A stretch of 16,641 bases of DNA. Source: Clostridia bacterium. GTDB taxonomy: Bacteria > Bacillota > Clostridia > Christensenellales > Aristaeellaceae. The position numbers and the translations under genes were made by a program. Positions 15,053 through 16,641 of the stretch are shown here, piece by piece (the first letter of the stretch is position 1; each line of letters opens with the position of its first letter). The stretch lies in NCBI GenBank assembly GCA_024404275.1, contig JAKSQG010000022.1, positions 1-16,641 on the forward strand. The letters run 5' to 3'. The notes below the pieces were generated by a model. The model saw nothing but the letters and a program-made list of their open reading frames with translations, had not been told where the DNA came from and did not search any database.

Positions 15053-15865
15053 TTACTTGCGGACCTCCAGGTACTCCTGATAGACCTGGCTCCAGATATG
15101 GTTCTTGAGGGCGATGAATTCGGGGGTCATCTTGGTTTCCTGCGTGCGGGGATAGGGAATGTCAACGTCCACGATCTCCTTGATGCGGCCGGGGCGGGCA
15201 CTCATGATGATGACACGCTGTGCCAGAATGATGGCCTCATCCACGTCATGGGTGATGAAGAAGCAGGTCTTGTTGTGCTTTTCCCAGGTCTCCAGCAGTT
15301 CGGTCTGCAGCTGGGTACGGGTCTGGGCGTCGAGGGCGCCGAAGGGTTCGTCCATCAGCAGCACTTCGGGCTCCGCCGCGTAGGCACGGGCGATGGCCAC
15401 GCGCTGCTTCATGCCGCCGGACAGCTCCTTGGGGTAGCTGTCGGCAAACTTGGCCAGGTCAACCATCTCCAGGTATTCCATGGCCTTGTCCTTGGCTTCC
15501 TTGCCCTTGATGCCGCGCATTTCCAGCGCGAACATGACGTTTTTGCGCACGGTCAGCCAGGGGAAGAGGGCGTACTGCTGGAAGACCACACCGCGCTCGG
15601 TGCCGGTGCCGGTCACTTCCTTGCCATCGCAGTAGACCTTGCCGGAGGTGGGCTCCAGAAGGCCGGCGATGATGTTGAGCAGGGTGGACTTGCCGCAGCC
15701 GGAAGGACCGACCACGCAGATGAACTCGTTTTCGTGGATATCCAGGTTCACACCGTTGAGGGCGATCATTTCGCCGTTGCGGCCGTTGAACTTTTTGACA
15801 ACGTTATCGATCTTGACGCGCACGGGACGCGGGTCCTGCGTCAGATTTCGCGCTTCTCCTGCCAT
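15053..15865 (-). CDS. ABC transporter ATP-binding protein (TauB/SsuB/NrtD-like)
   Basis: Walker A GPSGCGKST, Q-loop FQQYALFPW, signature LSGGMKQRVAIARA, Walker B LLMDEPFGALD and H-loop ITHD. The ATG at 15865 has GGAGAGGAGG 8 nt upstream and overlaps the permease 3' end by 25 nt. Stop codon is TAA. Confidence 0.9.
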   Translation of the reverse strand: MAGEARNLTQDPRPVRVKIDNVVKKFNGRNGEMIALNGVNLDIHENEFICVVGPSGCGKSTLLNIIAGLLEPTSGKVYCDGKEVTGTGTERGVVFQQYALFPWLTVRKNVMFALEMRGIKGKEAKDKAMEYLEMVDLAKFADSYPKELSGGMKQRVAIARAYAAEPEVLLMDEPFGALDAQTRTQLQTELLETWEKHNKTCFFITHDVDEAIILAQRVIIMSARPGRIKEIVDVDIPYPRTQETKMTPEFIALKNHIWSQVYQEYLEVRK

Positions 15866-16641
15866 GATGTCAGCCTCCTCTCCAGGAATTTGATCAGATT
15901 TTCAACACAGATACCGATGACGCCGATCAGAATGACGTACAGCAGCATCGGGGCGGATTCAAACGTGTTGTTCAGCGAGCGGATGCGCATGCCCAGACCG
16001 GCAATGGCGCCGGTGGACTCGGCGGCGATCAGGGTGGTCAGGGCCACGGAAGCGCCCAGACGCACAGCCGTCAGGATGAAGGGGGTGGTGGCGGGGAAGA
16101 TGACGCGGACAAAAATGTCACGATCCTTGGCGCCCAGCACGCGGGCAGCCTTGATCAGCGTCTCATCCACATTGATAACGCCCTGGAACACGGTGATGCA
16201 CATGGTCAGGAAGCAGGCGATCCAGATCACGATGACCTGGGGCTTGAAGCCAACGCCCGCGGCGATAACGATCAGCGGCACGTAAGCCAGCGGGGGGATG
16301 TTACGCACAAACTGGATCCAGGGCTCGATGACATAGCGTACGGGTTTGTACCACGCCATCAGGAAAGCCACGGGCACAGCGGTGACAAAGCCCAGCAGGT
16401 AACCGACAGATACGGAACGCAGCGAGGACAGGATATCGCCGATCAGCTTGCCGCGGTTCAGCATGGTCTGAATGCTGCCAAACACCTTGATGGCGTTGGG
16501 GAACGCGCGGGAAGTGGCGGGCAGGATGGACAAAATCGTCCACAGTACCAGGGCCGTCGCCAGTGAGATGAGCATCCATACCGCCTTGGGGACGCGGTCC
16601 GCGAAGCTGCCCTTCTTTTTCTTGTTAGGATTATCCGACAT
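15841..16641 (-). CDS. ABC transporter permease (TauC/SsuC-like, BPD_transp_1 family)
   Basis: 266-aa polytopic protein with the EAA-type loop region LIKAARVLGAKDRDIFVRVIFPATTPF. The ATG sits exactly at the right window edge, so neither the RBS nor any longer N-terminus can be checked. Stop codon is TGA. Confidence 0.8.
   Translation of the reverse strand: MSDNPNKKKKGSFADRVPKAVWMLISLATALVLWTILSILPATSRAFPNAIKVFGSIQTMLNRGKLIGDILSSLRSVSVGYLLGFVTAVPVAFLMAWYKPVRYVIEPWIQFVRNIPPLAYVPLIVIAAGVGFKPQVIVIWIACFLTMCITVFQGVINVDETLIKAARVLGAKDRDIFVRVIFPATTPFILTAVRLGASVALTTLIAAESTGAIAGLGMRIRSLNNTFESAPMLLYVILIGVIGICVENLIKFLERRLTSWQEKREI

Noticed and set aside
1-16641. Mobile elements, prophage or defence genes, CRISPR arrays, and tRNA or rRNA genes
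   Set aside because: I saw no transposase, integrase or recombinase-like ORF, no terminal inverted repeats, no regularly spaced repeat array and no RNA-gene-like structure. Apart from the control region at 8443..8610, the intergenic space is short and is explained by promoters and terminators.
14030-16641. Assigning a specific substrate (taurine, sulfonate, nitrate or the thiamine precursor HMP) or an upstream riboswitch to the ABC transporter
   Set aside because: Only family-level features are visible. The operon's upstream leader lies beyond the right edge of the window, so no riboswitch or regulator site can be examined.

Overview
GC-rich bacterial chromosomal window. The strong GGAGG-type ribosome-binding sites suggest a high-GC Firmicutes/Clostridia-like organism, but no taxon can be assigned from this sequence alone. 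All 18 genes I can support lie on the minus strand. The long plus-strand ORFs in the track are antisense shadows of these genes.

Reading in the direction of transcription (right to left):
1. An ABC importer of the nitrate/sulfonate/taurine (NMT1/SsuA-type) family: permease, ATPase and binding protein (16641..14030), followed by a terminator.
2. A membrane sensor histidine kinase, a LuxR/NarL-type response regulator, a NagB-family deaminase and NagA (13891..9659), followed by a terminator.
3. A stand-alone xylose-isomerase-like TIM-barrel gene with its own consensus promoter and terminator (9598..8611).
4. A ten-gene, translationally coupled Mrp/Mnh-like cation:proton antiporter operon driven by a consensus TTGACA-17-TAAAAT promoter (8536..<1). 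Its gene order is E-F-G-(MbhD-like)-B-C followed by four tandem MrpD/NuoL/HyfB-like subunits, and the last of these runs off the left edge.

No rRNA, tRNA, CRISPR array, transposase or obvious mobile element was seen.

Two things deserve a second look:
- The histidine kinase is one continuous 501-codon reading frame that contains two internal in-frame TAG codons. None of the 17 natural gene ends in the window uses TAG.
- The Mrp-like operon has the archaeal Mbh gene order, a dismembered MrpA and four antiporter-like paralogues.
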